Of a stretch of 64,000 nucleotides of DNA, positions 19,838-28,571 are shown piece by piece. The position numbers and the translations under genes are program-made. This stretch comes from an uncultured Acidobacteriota bacterium (GTDB lineage Bacteria; Acidobacteriota; Terriglobia; Terriglobales; Acidobacteriaceae), in contig CAVWZH010000018.1 of NCBI GenBank assembly GCA_963759395.1, positions 94,456-158,455 on the forward strand, read 5' to 3'. The notes under the pieces are model-generated. The model was not told the origin of the DNA. It was given only the letters and a program-made list of their open reading frames with translations, and made no database searches. How positions within the stretch are numbered: position 1 is the stretch's first letter; each line of letters begins with the position of its first letter.

Positions 19838-20833
19838 TTAACCATCACCTTTATACCCGCGCGGGTGCTGCTGCCGCCACGACCACGCACTGCCGATGAT
19901 GTCCTCCAGCTTTGTGAATTTGGGCGTCCAGTGCAGCTCTCGTTGAATCCGATCAGAACTTGCCACCAGCACGGGAGGGTCACCAGCCCTGCGCGGACAT
20001 TCCTCAACCGGGATCTGGCGGCCAGTCACCGCGCTGGCGACCGCGATCACTTGGCGAACACTAAAACCCTGCCCACTGCCCAGGTTATAGATCAAACGCT
20101 CGGGTTGCTTGTCGCGACTCAGCGCATTGAAGGCCAACGCGTGTGCGCTCGAAAGGTCGCTCACATGGATGTAGTCCCGAACGCAGGTGCCGTCGGGGGT
20201 GGGATAATCTGTGCCGTAGATCGAGACATTCTTTCTCTGTCCAAGCGCCACCTGCAGCACAATCGGAATGAGATGTGATTCTGGCGAGTGGTCTTCCCCC
20301 AGGTCAGCGGTCGCACCGGCGGCATTGAAGTAACGGAGGCTTGCATACCGCAGTTCATGAATGCGGTGAAACCACACCAGCATCCGCTCTACCAGCAGCT
20401 TCGATTCGCCGTAGGTATTGGTGGGTTGCAAAGGATCGTCCTCTACGATGGGAGTCCGTCCGGGATTGCCGTAGAGCGCAGCCGTAGAAGAAAAAACCAG
20501 CCGCGTCACCGCGCATTCCAGCATGGTTTCAATTAGAGTCAGCGTATTGGCTGTGTTGTTCCGGAAATACTTCTCCGGCACCTTCATGGACTCGCCAGCC
20601 TCGATGGAGGCGGCGAAATGCATGACGCCGTCGACCTTGTGTTCCTGGATCACGCTCTTGAGCAGGTCCCGGTCGCTCAGTTCGCCAACAACTAATTGCG
20701 CCCCTTGGGAAACGGCGCGCACGCTTCCACTGCTCAGGTTGTCGTAGACGACTACGTCGTTGCCGAGCTTAATCAGATCGGCAGTTACCACGCTGCCGAT
20801 GTATCCTGCTCCACCCGTAACCAGAATGTTCAA
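19838..20833 (-). CDS. galE: UDP-glucose 4-epimerase
   Basis: 331-aa SDR with VTGGAGYIGS and YGESK motifs. Abuts galT. Confidence 0.92.
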   Translation of the reverse strand: MNILVTGGAGYIGSVVTADLIKLGNDVVVYDNLSSGSVRAVSQGAQLVVGELSDRDLLKSVIQEHKVDGVMHFAASIEAGESMKVPEKYFRNNTANTLTLIETMLECAVTRLVFSSTAALYGNPGRTPIVEDDPLQPTNTYGESKLLVERMLVWFHRIHELRYASLRYFNAAGATADLGEDHSPESHLIPIVLQVALGQRKNVSIYGTDYPTPDGTCVRDYIHVSDLSSAHALAFNALSRDKQPERLIYNLGSGQGFSVRQVIAVASAVTGRQIPVEECPRRAGDPPVLVASSDRIQRELHWTPKFTKLEDIIGSAWSWRQQHPRGYKGDG

Positions 20834-21091
20834 ACTTGAAGGCTCCCTCGTGGCCAGACCTATGCGTTCTGGGCGGGCTCATTGACGCGTCAAAGTAATA
20901 CCATGCTTAGGACCAAAACAACGAATCAAAGCTGTTGATTCTAAATCAAGGCAGCGCACGTTTATGGCGACAATCGGCGCCAGCTTCGTACCTTTGCTTC
21001 CTGGGCGTGGTGGAATCGTGATAAGTTCACCCGATTGAAGTGCGGCGAATGACATTCTGCGTTCCCGTCAGACATCCAGTTTAGGTGACCG

Positions 21092-22046
21092 ATGAATCGA
21101 CGAAGTTTTGCGCGAACGCTTGCAGGGACCGTCGTGGGGGCTTACGGGCTGGGCCATACCTCCGATCTTTTTGGTGAAGAGCCCACATTCGAAACGAACG
21201 AAGCCGATCGTTTCAGCGGTGCCTTTCAAGCTCTCGGTAATGCTGTGGACAGTATTTCCCAATCTGACTTTCGAGGAGCGTTTAGAAAAGGTCGCGGACG
21301 CCGGATACTCCAATGTGGAATTGGTGGGCGAATACGAAAAGTGGACAGACGCGGATTTTGAGCGGATTAATACCCGGCGCAAGGGTCTCGGAATCAGCTT
21401 CGACTGCACCGCTGGCTTGAAACACGGGGTGAGCGTCCCAGACCATCGGCAGCCTTTGCTCGATGAACTGCGCCTTGCCTTGCCTACTATGGAGCGGATC
21501 GATTGCCCAAGTATGATCCTTCTCTCCGGCAACCGGGTTCAGGGAATACCTCGCGAGATCCAGCATCAATGTTGTATCGACACGCTGCAAGCCGCCGCTG
21601 GCCTCGTCCATGGCAAGTCGATCAATGGCCAGCCGGTGAGGCTGCTACTCGAAACTATCGATCCAGAGGAAAACCCGCAATACTATTTGACGAGGATCGA
21701 CGAAGCTCTCGAGGTCGTTCAAGCGGTCGGCCACCCCCAGGTGCAGTTGCTTTACGATTTCTACCACGAGCAAATTGCCGCCGGAAATCTCATCGCCAAG
21801 CTGGAGAAATGCATCCCCCATCTGGGGCTTGTGCATATCGCCGACGTTCCCGGCCGCCATGAACCCGGCACGGGCGAGATCAATTACCAGAACATCTTTA
21901 GAAAATTGGCCGAACTGAATTACCAGAAAGTAGTTGCGATGGAGTTTCGTCCCAGCGGCGATCCGGTCGCCCAGTTGCGGGCCGCGCGCGACATGGCCGT
22001 GCGAGCCGCCCATGAAGCGACCGGGAAGAAAACAATGGCTGCTTGA
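21092..22046 (+). CDS. hydroxypyruvate isomerase-like TIM-barrel protein (xylose isomerase-like fold), Tat signal in a different frame (probable frameshift)
   Basis: ATG 21092 with an AGGTGA SD encodes a twin-arginine signal (MNRRSFARTLAGTVVGAYGL). The TIM-barrel frame (KLSVMLWTVFPNLTFEERLEKVADAGYSNVEL...) is the 21108 ORF. Alternatively the gene may start at the in-frame GTG 21219 without a signal. Confidence 0.7.
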
Positions 22047-22128
22047 GAAGCGGAAAGATCGTCTACTTTCATGTTTTTCAACCACTTAATTGATTGCAAA
22101 GCAAACCTATAACACCTCTTTCCTGACT

Positions 22129-22150
22129 TGTAAAAAAATTGTCAACAATC
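22129..22150 (+). promoter_or_regulatory. two direct hexamer repeats TGTAAA / TGTCAA spaced 11 bp, upstream of the response-regulator gene
   Basis: tgtaaaaaaat tgtcaacaatc read directly. Resembles the 4-box array at 27226-27269. The 11-bp phasing is typical of OmpR/PhoB-family sites. Confidence 0.35.
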
Positions 22151-22220
22151 GTGCTCGGCCCTCATCTCTATGCCGAGTGGTAGTAGTCTTGTTCGTGAAT
22201 CGCCCGATATTGGAGCAGAG

Positions 22221-22985
22221 ATGATACGAGCAGAAGGAAGCCGTGCGCCTGGGTTTCAGCGTAACCCAATAATCCCGCGCCTTGATGTTCCCGGGGCAGG
22301 AGCGTCGCAAGAACGCATTCTGGTGGTGGAAGACGATCGCGCCGTCCAGAAGGCGCTCAGACGTCTGTTCGAAACGGAGGGCTTTTCGGTCGAGATCAGT
22401 GCGGACGGGAAGTCTGCAGTGGAATCTTTTCGCAGCACAGCTCCAGCAGCTATCGTCCTCGACTTGCGTTTGCCCACGATGTCTGGCCGAGACGTGTGCC
22501 GGGAGATTAAAGAGCAGATGCCTGCGCTCCCCATCATCGTGTTGAGTGCGGCCAGCGATGTTTCGGACAAAGTGCTGCTCCTGGAACTTGGCGCCGACGA
22601 TTACGTGACCAAACCGTTCAGTCCGCGCGAACTCCTGGCACGCGTGCGGGCGGCCTTGCGGCGTACCACGCGCACAGGGCCTGCAGATGTATTCGCATTT
22701 GGCGTGGTCTCCGTGGACTTCCTGAAGATGGAAGTGATGCGCGAGGGGCAACCTGTAACCCTCACAGCGCAGGAGTTCAAGACGTTGAAATTCCTGGCGC
22801 AAAACGCGGAACGCGTGATTTCCCGCGACGAGCTATTGAATGAAGTTTGGGGATATCAGAACTATCCTTCGACCCGCACCGTGGACAATCACATTTTGAA
22901 GCTCCGCCAGAAATTGGAAAAAGACCCGGGCAATCCGGTGCACTTCCGGACAGTTCACGGCATGGGCTACAAGTTCGTAGGTTAG
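22221..22985 (+). CDS. OmpR/PhoB-family response regulator
   Basis: Receiver domain (ILVVEDDRAV...DLRLP) plus a winged-helix output domain (LTAQEFKTLKFLAQN...VHGMGYKF). I chose the start at ATG 22221 (GGAG SD) rather than 22170. Confidence 0.9.
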   Translation: MIRAEGSRAPGFQRNPIIPRLDVPGAGASQERILVVEDDRAVQKALRRLFETEGFSVEISADGKSAVESFRSTAPAAIVLDLRLPTMSGRDVCREIKEQMPALPIIVLSAASDVSDKVLLLELGADDYVTKPFSPRELLARVRAALRRTTRTGPADVFAFGVVSVDFLKMEVMREGQPVTLTAQEFKTLKFLAQNAERVISRDELLNEVWGYQNYPSTRTVDNHILKLRQKLEKDPGNPVHFRTVHGMGYKFVG

Positions 22986-23040
22986 TTCGGAGGCCCGCCG
23001 CGAGCTTTTTCCAGGCCCGCGATCCAAGGAGACGGCAAGA

Positions 23041-24855
23041 GTGCAACTGAGGATGCAAACCAAGTTTTTGCTCTCCATGTTGCTGATCTCCGCCAGCCTC
23101 ACGGCCACCAGCCTTCTTGTAGTCCGCCGCGTGGTGCAACGGCAGGTGAGGAGGGAAATCTTCGCCGACCTGCGCAACTCCGTAAGCACATTTCAGAATT
23201 TCCAGCGTGAACGGCAGCTGACCCTCATTCGGTCGGCCGATTTGCTGGCCGACTTGCCCGACCTGCGTGCGCTCATGACTACCCAACATGAGGCGACCAT
23301 CCAGGACGCCTCCGCACGACTGTGGCGGCTGGCCGGCAGCGATCTTTTTGTGCTGGCGGACCGATCCGGACGAGTGGTCACCCTGCATACCGCGTCTCCC
23401 GGCTTTACGCGTGAAATGGCGCAGCAGGCGTTCAGCAGCGCACTGAATCAGCAGGGACACCCCGCCGACTGGTGGTTTGGCGGGCAACATCTCTATGAAG
23501 TCTTCCTGAAACCTATTTACTTCGGTGCGGCTGAGGAAAATCGGGAGTTGGGATTTCTGGTGGTCGGTTATGAGATCGATGACCGCGTCGCCTCACAAGT
23601 TGGCCGAATTGCCGCCAGCCAGGTGACCTTCTCATACGGTGACACTGTTGTGCGCAGCACTTTGACGCCGGAACAAGAAGCAGAATTAGCGCGGCAAAAC
23701 TCGCTGCACTCATCCACGGCGGCCGAACCCGAACAGATTCAATTGGGAGACGAGCGGTTCCTGCGTACTTCACTCGAACTGTCGCCCAGAGGAACGCCTT
23801 ACCCGGTTCGCCTCAGCGTGCTCAAGTCTTACGATCAAGCCACGGCATTTCTCGATAGCCTGAACCGCTTGTTACTTGCGTTAGGGTTGGTTGCTGTGAT
23901 CGGGGGGAGCGCGCTGGTATTTTTGATTTCCCACACGTTTACCCGCCCGCTGGCAAACCTAGTCGAAGGAGTACGCGCCCTGGAACAGGGAGATTTTACC
24001 TACGCCCTGGACGCCCGTGGCGGAGACGAGGTGGCCGAACTGACTCGCGCGTTCAGTCGGATGCGGGACAGCCTGCTGAAAACGCAGCAGGAATTGCTTG
24101 AGGCGGAACGGCTCGCCACCATCGGGAGAATGGCGAGTTCGATTTCGCATGACCTGCGCCATTCGTTGGCGGCCATCGTGGCCAATGCTGAGTTCCTTTG
24201 CGAAAGCCGCCTGTCTCCAGAACAACGGGAAGAACTCTACCAGGAAGTCCGGGTCGCGGTGAATCAAATGACCGATCTCATCGATTCTCTGCTTGAGTTC
24301 TCACGCACCCGGGAATCCCTGCGGCCGGCGTTTGGGAATGTCACTGATTCCGTGGAGCGGGTGGTGCAGACGATTCGGGCCCACCCCGAGTTTCATCACG
24401 TGCGCATTTCGGTGCATCAGGAGGGGAACAGCACCGGCTGGTTCGACGCGAAAAAACTGGAACGAGCGTTTTACAACCTGCTGGCCAACGCATGCGAAGC
24501 AGCGTCCTCCGATGAGGCAGAGGTTCACGTGGAACTGCAGGAGGCTCCAGGGGCGGTGGAGGTTCGCGTCCGCGACAACGGGCGTGGGATTCCAGAATCT
24601 ATCCGAGGCCGGTTATTTGAGCCCTTCGTGAGCTTCGGCAAGGAGAATGGCACAGGTTTAGGGCTCACGGTAGTTCAGAAAATTGTCCAAGACCACGGGG
24701 GCGATGTCGGCGTGGAAAAGACATCGGCGGAAGGAACCATTTTCCGTCTCTGGTTGCCTCTGGTTTCGTCATCCGAAGGCGCTGCCAGCCCCGGCTTGAG
24801 CGGAAAGCCAACGGCACCGCCCTTGTTTCAGACAAAACAAATCCGGCCCAAGTAG
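23041..24855 (+). CDS. sensor histidine kinase (periplasmic sensor domain, HAMP, HisKA, HATPase_c)
   Basis: 604 aa with two TM segments flanking a ~250-aa extracytoplasmic region. HAMP (RPLANLVEGVRALEQGDF), H-box (SSISHDLRHSL) and N/G boxes (NLLANACEA, DNGRGIP, GTGLGL). Confidence 0.9.
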   Translation: MQLRMQTKFLLSMLLISASLTATSLLVVRRVVQRQVRREIFADLRNSVSTFQNFQRERQLTLIRSADLLADLPDLRALMTTQHEATIQDASARLWRLAGSDLFVLADRSGRVVTLHTASPGFTREMAQQAFSSALNQQGHPADWWFGGQHLYEVFLKPIYFGAAEENRELGFLVVGYEIDDRVASQVGRIAASQVTFSYGDTVVRSTLTPEQEAELARQNSLHSSTAAEPEQIQLGDERFLRTSLELSPRGTPYPVRLSVLKSYDQATAFLDSLNRLLLALGLVAVIGGSALVFLISHTFTRPLANLVEGVRALEQGDFTYALDARGGDEVAELTRAFSRMRDSLLKTQQELLEAERLATIGRMASSISHDLRHSLAAIVANAEFLCESRLSPEQREELYQEVRVAVNQMTDLIDSLLEFSRTRESLRPAFGNVTDSVERVVQTIRAHPEFHHVRISVHQEGNSTGWFDAKKLERAFYNLLANACEAASSDEAEVHVELQEAPGAVEVRVRDNGRGIPESIRGRLFEPFVSFGKENGTGLGLTVVQKIVQDHGGDVGVEKTSAEGTIFRLWLPLVSSSEGAASPGLSGKPTAPPLFQTKQIRPK

Positions 24856-24929
24856 GACTTCTCACCGGATTCGACCGATAGGTTCAGAGAGCTGTCCGGA
24901 AATTCCAGGTCTTCTTAGGGAGGTGGATT

Positions 24930-26453
24930 GTGAAGCAGCGCAGCGGCTTGCCTGATTGGCTTCGAATGTTCACCGTCACAGGATTATTCCTACTCGCGGG
25001 CAGTATTGCCGCGCAACCACAGGAAGGGAGCGCCCCCGCCACGCCTCCGGCGGACTCGGTTGCAGGTGCCGTCCACGACCTTCAGGAACAGGTTCGCGAG
25101 TTGCGCCAGGCGGTCGAGGAACTGCGAACGGAAGCCGGGCAATATCGGACAGAAACGCTGGAGTTGCGGCGAGAGTTGGAAGCCTCGCGCAGTCAAACGA
25201 CTAGTTCTGCGTCTCAGGCTCCTTTGGGCGAACGAGTCGCTGCCGTGGAAGAAAGTTCACAGCTCGTGAATAGCAAAGTGAACGATCAAGATCAGACGAA
25301 AGTCGAGAGCGCGTCGAAGTACCGCGTAAGACTCTCGGGCCTCCTATTGTTCAACCTGTTCAGCAACCGCGGTTTCGTCGACAACCAGGACTTTCCAACA
25401 TGGGTTATACCGTCGAGCTCCGCAGGTACAGTGCAGACGTTTGCTGCCAGCTTGAGGCAATCGCAGCTGGGTCTGGAGGTCTTTGGCCCCCACCTGGCAG
25501 GAGCGAAGACCACGGGAGAAGTACAAGTGGATTTCTCTGGAGGATTTCCCAATACGCTGAACGGAACGAGTTACGGTCTGGTCCGGATGCGGACCGCCGA
25601 TATACGAATGGATTGGGAGCGTACCTCGGTCGTCGCGGGACAGGATGCAGCGTTTGTTTCTCCCCTTGCGCCCACTTCGTTCGCATCGGTCGCGGTGCCG
25701 GCTTTGGCCTACACCGGAAATCTGTGGGGCTGGATTCCGCAGCTGCGAGTGGAACACCGATTTAGCGTGGCGGAAGGGCAAAATCTGACTGTGCAGGCGG
25801 GGATTTTCGACAATTTCACAGGCGAACCGCCCGACAACTCCTATCAAAGGCAGCCAACGGCCGGAGAAAACTCCGGTCAGCCAGCCTATGCCACACGAGT
25901 GGCGTGGACGCGAAACCTGCGCGGGCGTCCGATCACTTTGGGCGCCTCCGGCTATTACGGCCGGCAGGACTGGGGGCTCGATCGAAAGGTCGATAGTTGG
26001 GGGGCGATTACAGACTGGGAAGTGCCCCTGGCCCCACGCGTGAGTCTCAGCGGAGAGTTTTACCGTGGGAGGGCTCTGGGTGCACTGGGAGCGGCTTTCG
26101 GACGGAGCGTCATTTTCAGCGGACCAGAATATGCGCCAGGGACTGAAGTGCAGGCTTTGAACGCCGTCGGAGGTTGGTCCCAGTTGAAGCTCCGGGCTTC
26201 CGCGAAGCTAGAATTTAACGGCGCTTTCGGGCTGGACAATCCCTATGCACGAGACCTGCGTGCCTTTTCCATGCCTCAGGCTTATTTTCCCCCGTCGGTC
26301 GGGCAAAATCGGGGCGGCTTGATTAATGTCGTTTATCGTCCCCGTTCCGATCTTCTGTTTTCGGGCGAATATCGCCACTTCAGGACTTTCGAGATTTCTG
26401 GTGCCAGTCCTACGGCGGAGCAGGTCAATCTCACGATGGGAGTTTTATTTTGA
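24930..26453 (+). CDS. putative outer-membrane beta-barrel (porin-like) protein with N-terminal coiled coil
   Basis: Signal peptide, then ~60 aa with heptad-like charge pattern (LQEQVRELRQAVEELRTEAGQYRTETLELRRELE). Alternating beta-strand-like sequence follows, ending in a C-terminal aromatic residue (MGVLF). Function unknown. Confidence 0.6.
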   Translation: MKQRSGLPDWLRMFTVTGLFLLAGSIAAQPQEGSAPATPPADSVAGAVHDLQEQVRELRQAVEELRTEAGQYRTETLELRRELEASRSQTTSSASQAPLGERVAAVEESSQLVNSKVNDQDQTKVESASKYRVRLSGLLLFNLFSNRGFVDNQDFPTWVIPSSSAGTVQTFAASLRQSQLGLEVFGPHLAGAKTTGEVQVDFSGGFPNTLNGTSYGLVRMRTADIRMDWERTSVVAGQDAAFVSPLAPTSFASVAVPALAYTGNLWGWIPQLRVEHRFSVAEGQNLTVQAGIFDNFTGEPPDNSYQRQPTAGENSGQPAYATRVAWTRNLRGRPITLGASGYYGRQDWGLDRKVDSWGAITDWEVPLAPRVSLSGEFYRGRALGALGAAFGRSVIFSGPEYAPGTEVQALNAVGGWSQLKLRASAKLEFNGAFGLDNPYARDLRAFSMPQAYFPPSVGQNRGGLINVVYRPRSDLLFSGEYRHFRTFEISGASPTAEQVNLTMGVLF

Positions 26454-27175
26454 AGCCGCCCAGCTTTATTTCGTGTGGACCCTGGCTCTTGCTGGTGATA
26501 CTTGGCGGCAGCCTCACCAGCGCCCAGGAGCTAACGCTCACGGCTCGTGTGGCCTGGGCAGACGGTCCTAAGACGCACGCAACTGGCAACGTCGTCGTCT
26601 GGGTGACGCCAGAGGAGGGAGCGGCCAGGCAGACCGCGGAAGCCGTGTCGGCGCGGAAACCGAGTCTGACCCAGCGGAATAAGAGTTTCGAACCGCATGT
26701 GTTGGTTGTGCCGGTCGGTTCCTTGGTCGCGTTCCCCAATCGCGACCCGTTTTTCCACAACGTTTTTTCCCTGTTCGATGGGAAGCGGTTTGATCTTGGT
26801 CTCTACGAAGCCGGAAGCACCCGCGATGTGCACTTTGACAAGCCCGGAATCTCGTACATTTTCTGCAACATTCATCCTGAGATGAGCGCGGTCGTGATCG
26901 CTCTGGATACGCCGTACTACGGCGTCTCTGACCAGCGCGGACAAATCGTGATCCCGAATGTGCCGGCCGGCCGCTACACCCTCCGGGTTTGGTATGAGAA
27001 CGCTTTGCCGGAAACGCTCAAAGCCATGACCCGCGAGATCACGGTGTCGGAAAACAATTCCACTCTAGGTCTGTTGCGGCTCAAGAGCGAAGCCGTTCCT
27101 GAAGCCCATAAGAACCTCTATGGCCGTGACTATGACCCGCCCGCGCCCGATAATCCGGCCTACCCCCACCCCTGA
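26450..27175 (+). CDS. secreted cupredoxin-like (amicyanin-type ligand loop) protein with C-terminal beta-sandwich region
   Basis: TTG start overlaps the porin stop (TTGA). Signal peptide present. A candidate type-1 Cu ligand set is the His in FFHNVFS plus the FCNIHPEM loop (C-x2-H-x2-M, as in amicyanin). Confidence 0.6.
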   Translation: MKPPSFISCGPWLLLVILGGSLTSAQELTLTARVAWADGPKTHATGNVVVWVTPEEGAARQTAEAVSARKPSLTQRNKSFEPHVLVVPVGSLVAFPNRDPFFHNVFSLFDGKRFDLGLYEAGSTRDVHFDKPGISYIFCNIHPEMSAVVIALDTPYYGVSDQRGQIVIPNVPAGRYTLRVWYENALPETLKAMTREITVSENNSTLGLLRLKSEAVPEAHKNLYGRDYDPPAPDNPAYPHP

Positions 27176-27225
27176 AGGCTGCCGAGCAGGGATGGCCTCG
27201 GCCAGAGTGTCGCAGTCTGGTCCTT

Positions 27226-27269
27226 TGACAAAAAAATGACAATTGCGTGAAGAACTGGTGACAATTGCT
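27226..27269 (+). promoter_or_regulatory. four direct repeats TGACAA/TGACAA/TGAAGA/TGACAA at exact 11-bp phasing
   Basis: tgacaaaaaaa tgacaattgcg tgaagaactgg tgacaattgct, starting at 27226, 27237, 27248 and 27259. A TTGACA hexamer sits at 27225-27230. Confidence 0.45.
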
Positions 27270-27416
27270 CCTGCGCCGGGACTTAGCCTAACAATCAAGC
27301 TGAACGGGTAGCCGCTGCTGGCCCGTTCGAATTTGTGGTCCCGGGACCTCAAGGTCTTTTGATGTATGCGTTGAGTTGCAGCGAGGTCAAGCAAAACCTC
27401 TCTCCACAATGAAGTA

Positions 27417-27447
27417 GGGGACCCACCCCTTGGTGGGTCCCCTTTTT
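27417..27447 (+). terminator. rho-independent terminator (11-bp perfect GC-rich stem, 4-nt loop, T5 tail)
   Basis: ggggacccacc-cctt-ggtgggtcccc-ttttt read directly. The T-tract is present only on the plus strand. Confidence 0.85.
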
Positions 27448-27563
27448 ATCTAAGCTTCTTGTCCTCAGGTGTGACCCGAATCTTGGTCTGGCGTGAGGCC
27501 CTGAAGCCGTTCGCTAAGATAGCGCCGGAGGTCGAGGCTGAGGTCGGCAGCAACGACCTAGGG

Positions 27564-28562
27564 CTAGCGCTTGCCTCCCGCGACCTGGTCATGCCCATAG
27601 TATTCATAGGCGGACATCGGCTTCTCGCCGCCTTTCTTCCACGGGCGGGCGTCTTCAGGCAACTTCCCGAGTGCGCGAGCCATTTCCCGAACGTGCATTG
27701 CCACTGAACCACAACACGAACCAATGTAGTTGATGCCGATCTCGCGGGCACGCAAAGCATAGTCGGCCATATCTTTTCGAGTCAGCTGCAGCGGGTCGAG
27801 AGCAAGCGGAAATTCGGGAAGGCTGGTGAAATCCGGCTGATCCTTAGTAGTCCGGTAAGCTACTGGCTGGCAGGCCAGGTAACCGGAAACCGCTTTCCGC
27901 ATCTCCTCCATCGGACCCAGCATGTGCTCCGGAGGGCGCAAGCAGTTCATGCCAACGATATCGGCACCCGCATCCAGCAAGGCTTTGGCGGAGTCTGCGG
28001 CAGATTCGCCTTCCGCTGTTTCATCTTTGTTCTCGAAGCAAATGGTCACCATAACTGGCAGGCCGGTGGTTTTTGCCCGTTCAACCGCAATAAGTGCTTC
28101 GCCCAGCCAGGAAAAAGTCTCCCCGATGATGAAGTCCACGCCTTCTTCCACCTGCACCGCAAGCTGCTCGTCGAAAGTTTTGCGCACCCGGTCGGCAGCG
28201 GTCGGGCTGTGCGGGTCGTACATCCACGTGAGGCTCAGATTGCCAGCCACCAGACACTTATCACCAGCGACTTCGCGGGCAATTCGCACCGCGGCGCGGT
28301 TCAAGGCTTCGAGTTGGTTCTCAAGGCCGACAGTCGCCAACTTGTCACGGCTGGCGTAAAACGTCAGCGCCTGCAGAACATCGGCACCCGCCTCTCTAAA
28401 TTCGACGTGAAGTTCACGCAAAGCGTCAGGGTGAAGCAGGGCAACTTCCGGAGTAAACGGACCCGCGCGCACCCAGCCACGCTTCTCCAATTCGAGAAGA
28501 TAACCACCATCGCCCAGGACGGGACCGTCCTTGAGACGATCGAGAATACCTTTCTTCTTCAT
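27564..28562 (-). CDS. homocysteine S-methyltransferase family protein (betaine-homocysteine methyltransferase-like)
   Basis: 332 aa with an N-terminal GPVLGDGGYLLELEKRG and Zn-ligand-type Cys motifs (GMNC, IGSCCG), typical of the PF02574 family. Confidence 0.78.
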   Translation of the reverse strand: MKKKGILDRLKDGPVLGDGGYLLELEKRGWVRAGPFTPEVALLHPDALRELHVEFREAGADVLQALTFYASRDKLATVGLENQLEALNRAAVRIAREVAGDKCLVAGNLSLTWMYDPHSPTAADRVRKTFDEQLAVQVEEGVDFIIGETFSWLGEALIAVERAKTTGLPVMVTICFENKDETAEGESAADSAKALLDAGADIVGMNCLRPPEHMLGPMEEMRKAVSGYLACQPVAYRTTKDQPDFTSLPEFPLALDPLQLTRKDMADYALRAREIGINYIGSCCGSVAMHVREMARALGKLPEDARPWKKGGEKPMSAYEYYGHDQVAGGKR

Positions 28563-28571
28563 GCGAGCTCC

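Noticed and set aside
27300-27345. tRNA-like T-arm wording (gcccgttcgaatttgtgg) in the gap after the cupredoxin gene.
   Set aside because: No acceptor stem, anticodon arm or D-arm can be drawn around it, and GTTCGAAT alone is insufficient. It is treated as part of the candidate sRNA region instead.
27361-27411. 16-codon ORF (MYALSCSEVKQNLSPQ) just upstream of the orphan terminator.
   Set aside because: It has no convincing Shine-Dalgarno sequence, is very short and has no recognisable peptide features. It cannot be supported as a CDS.
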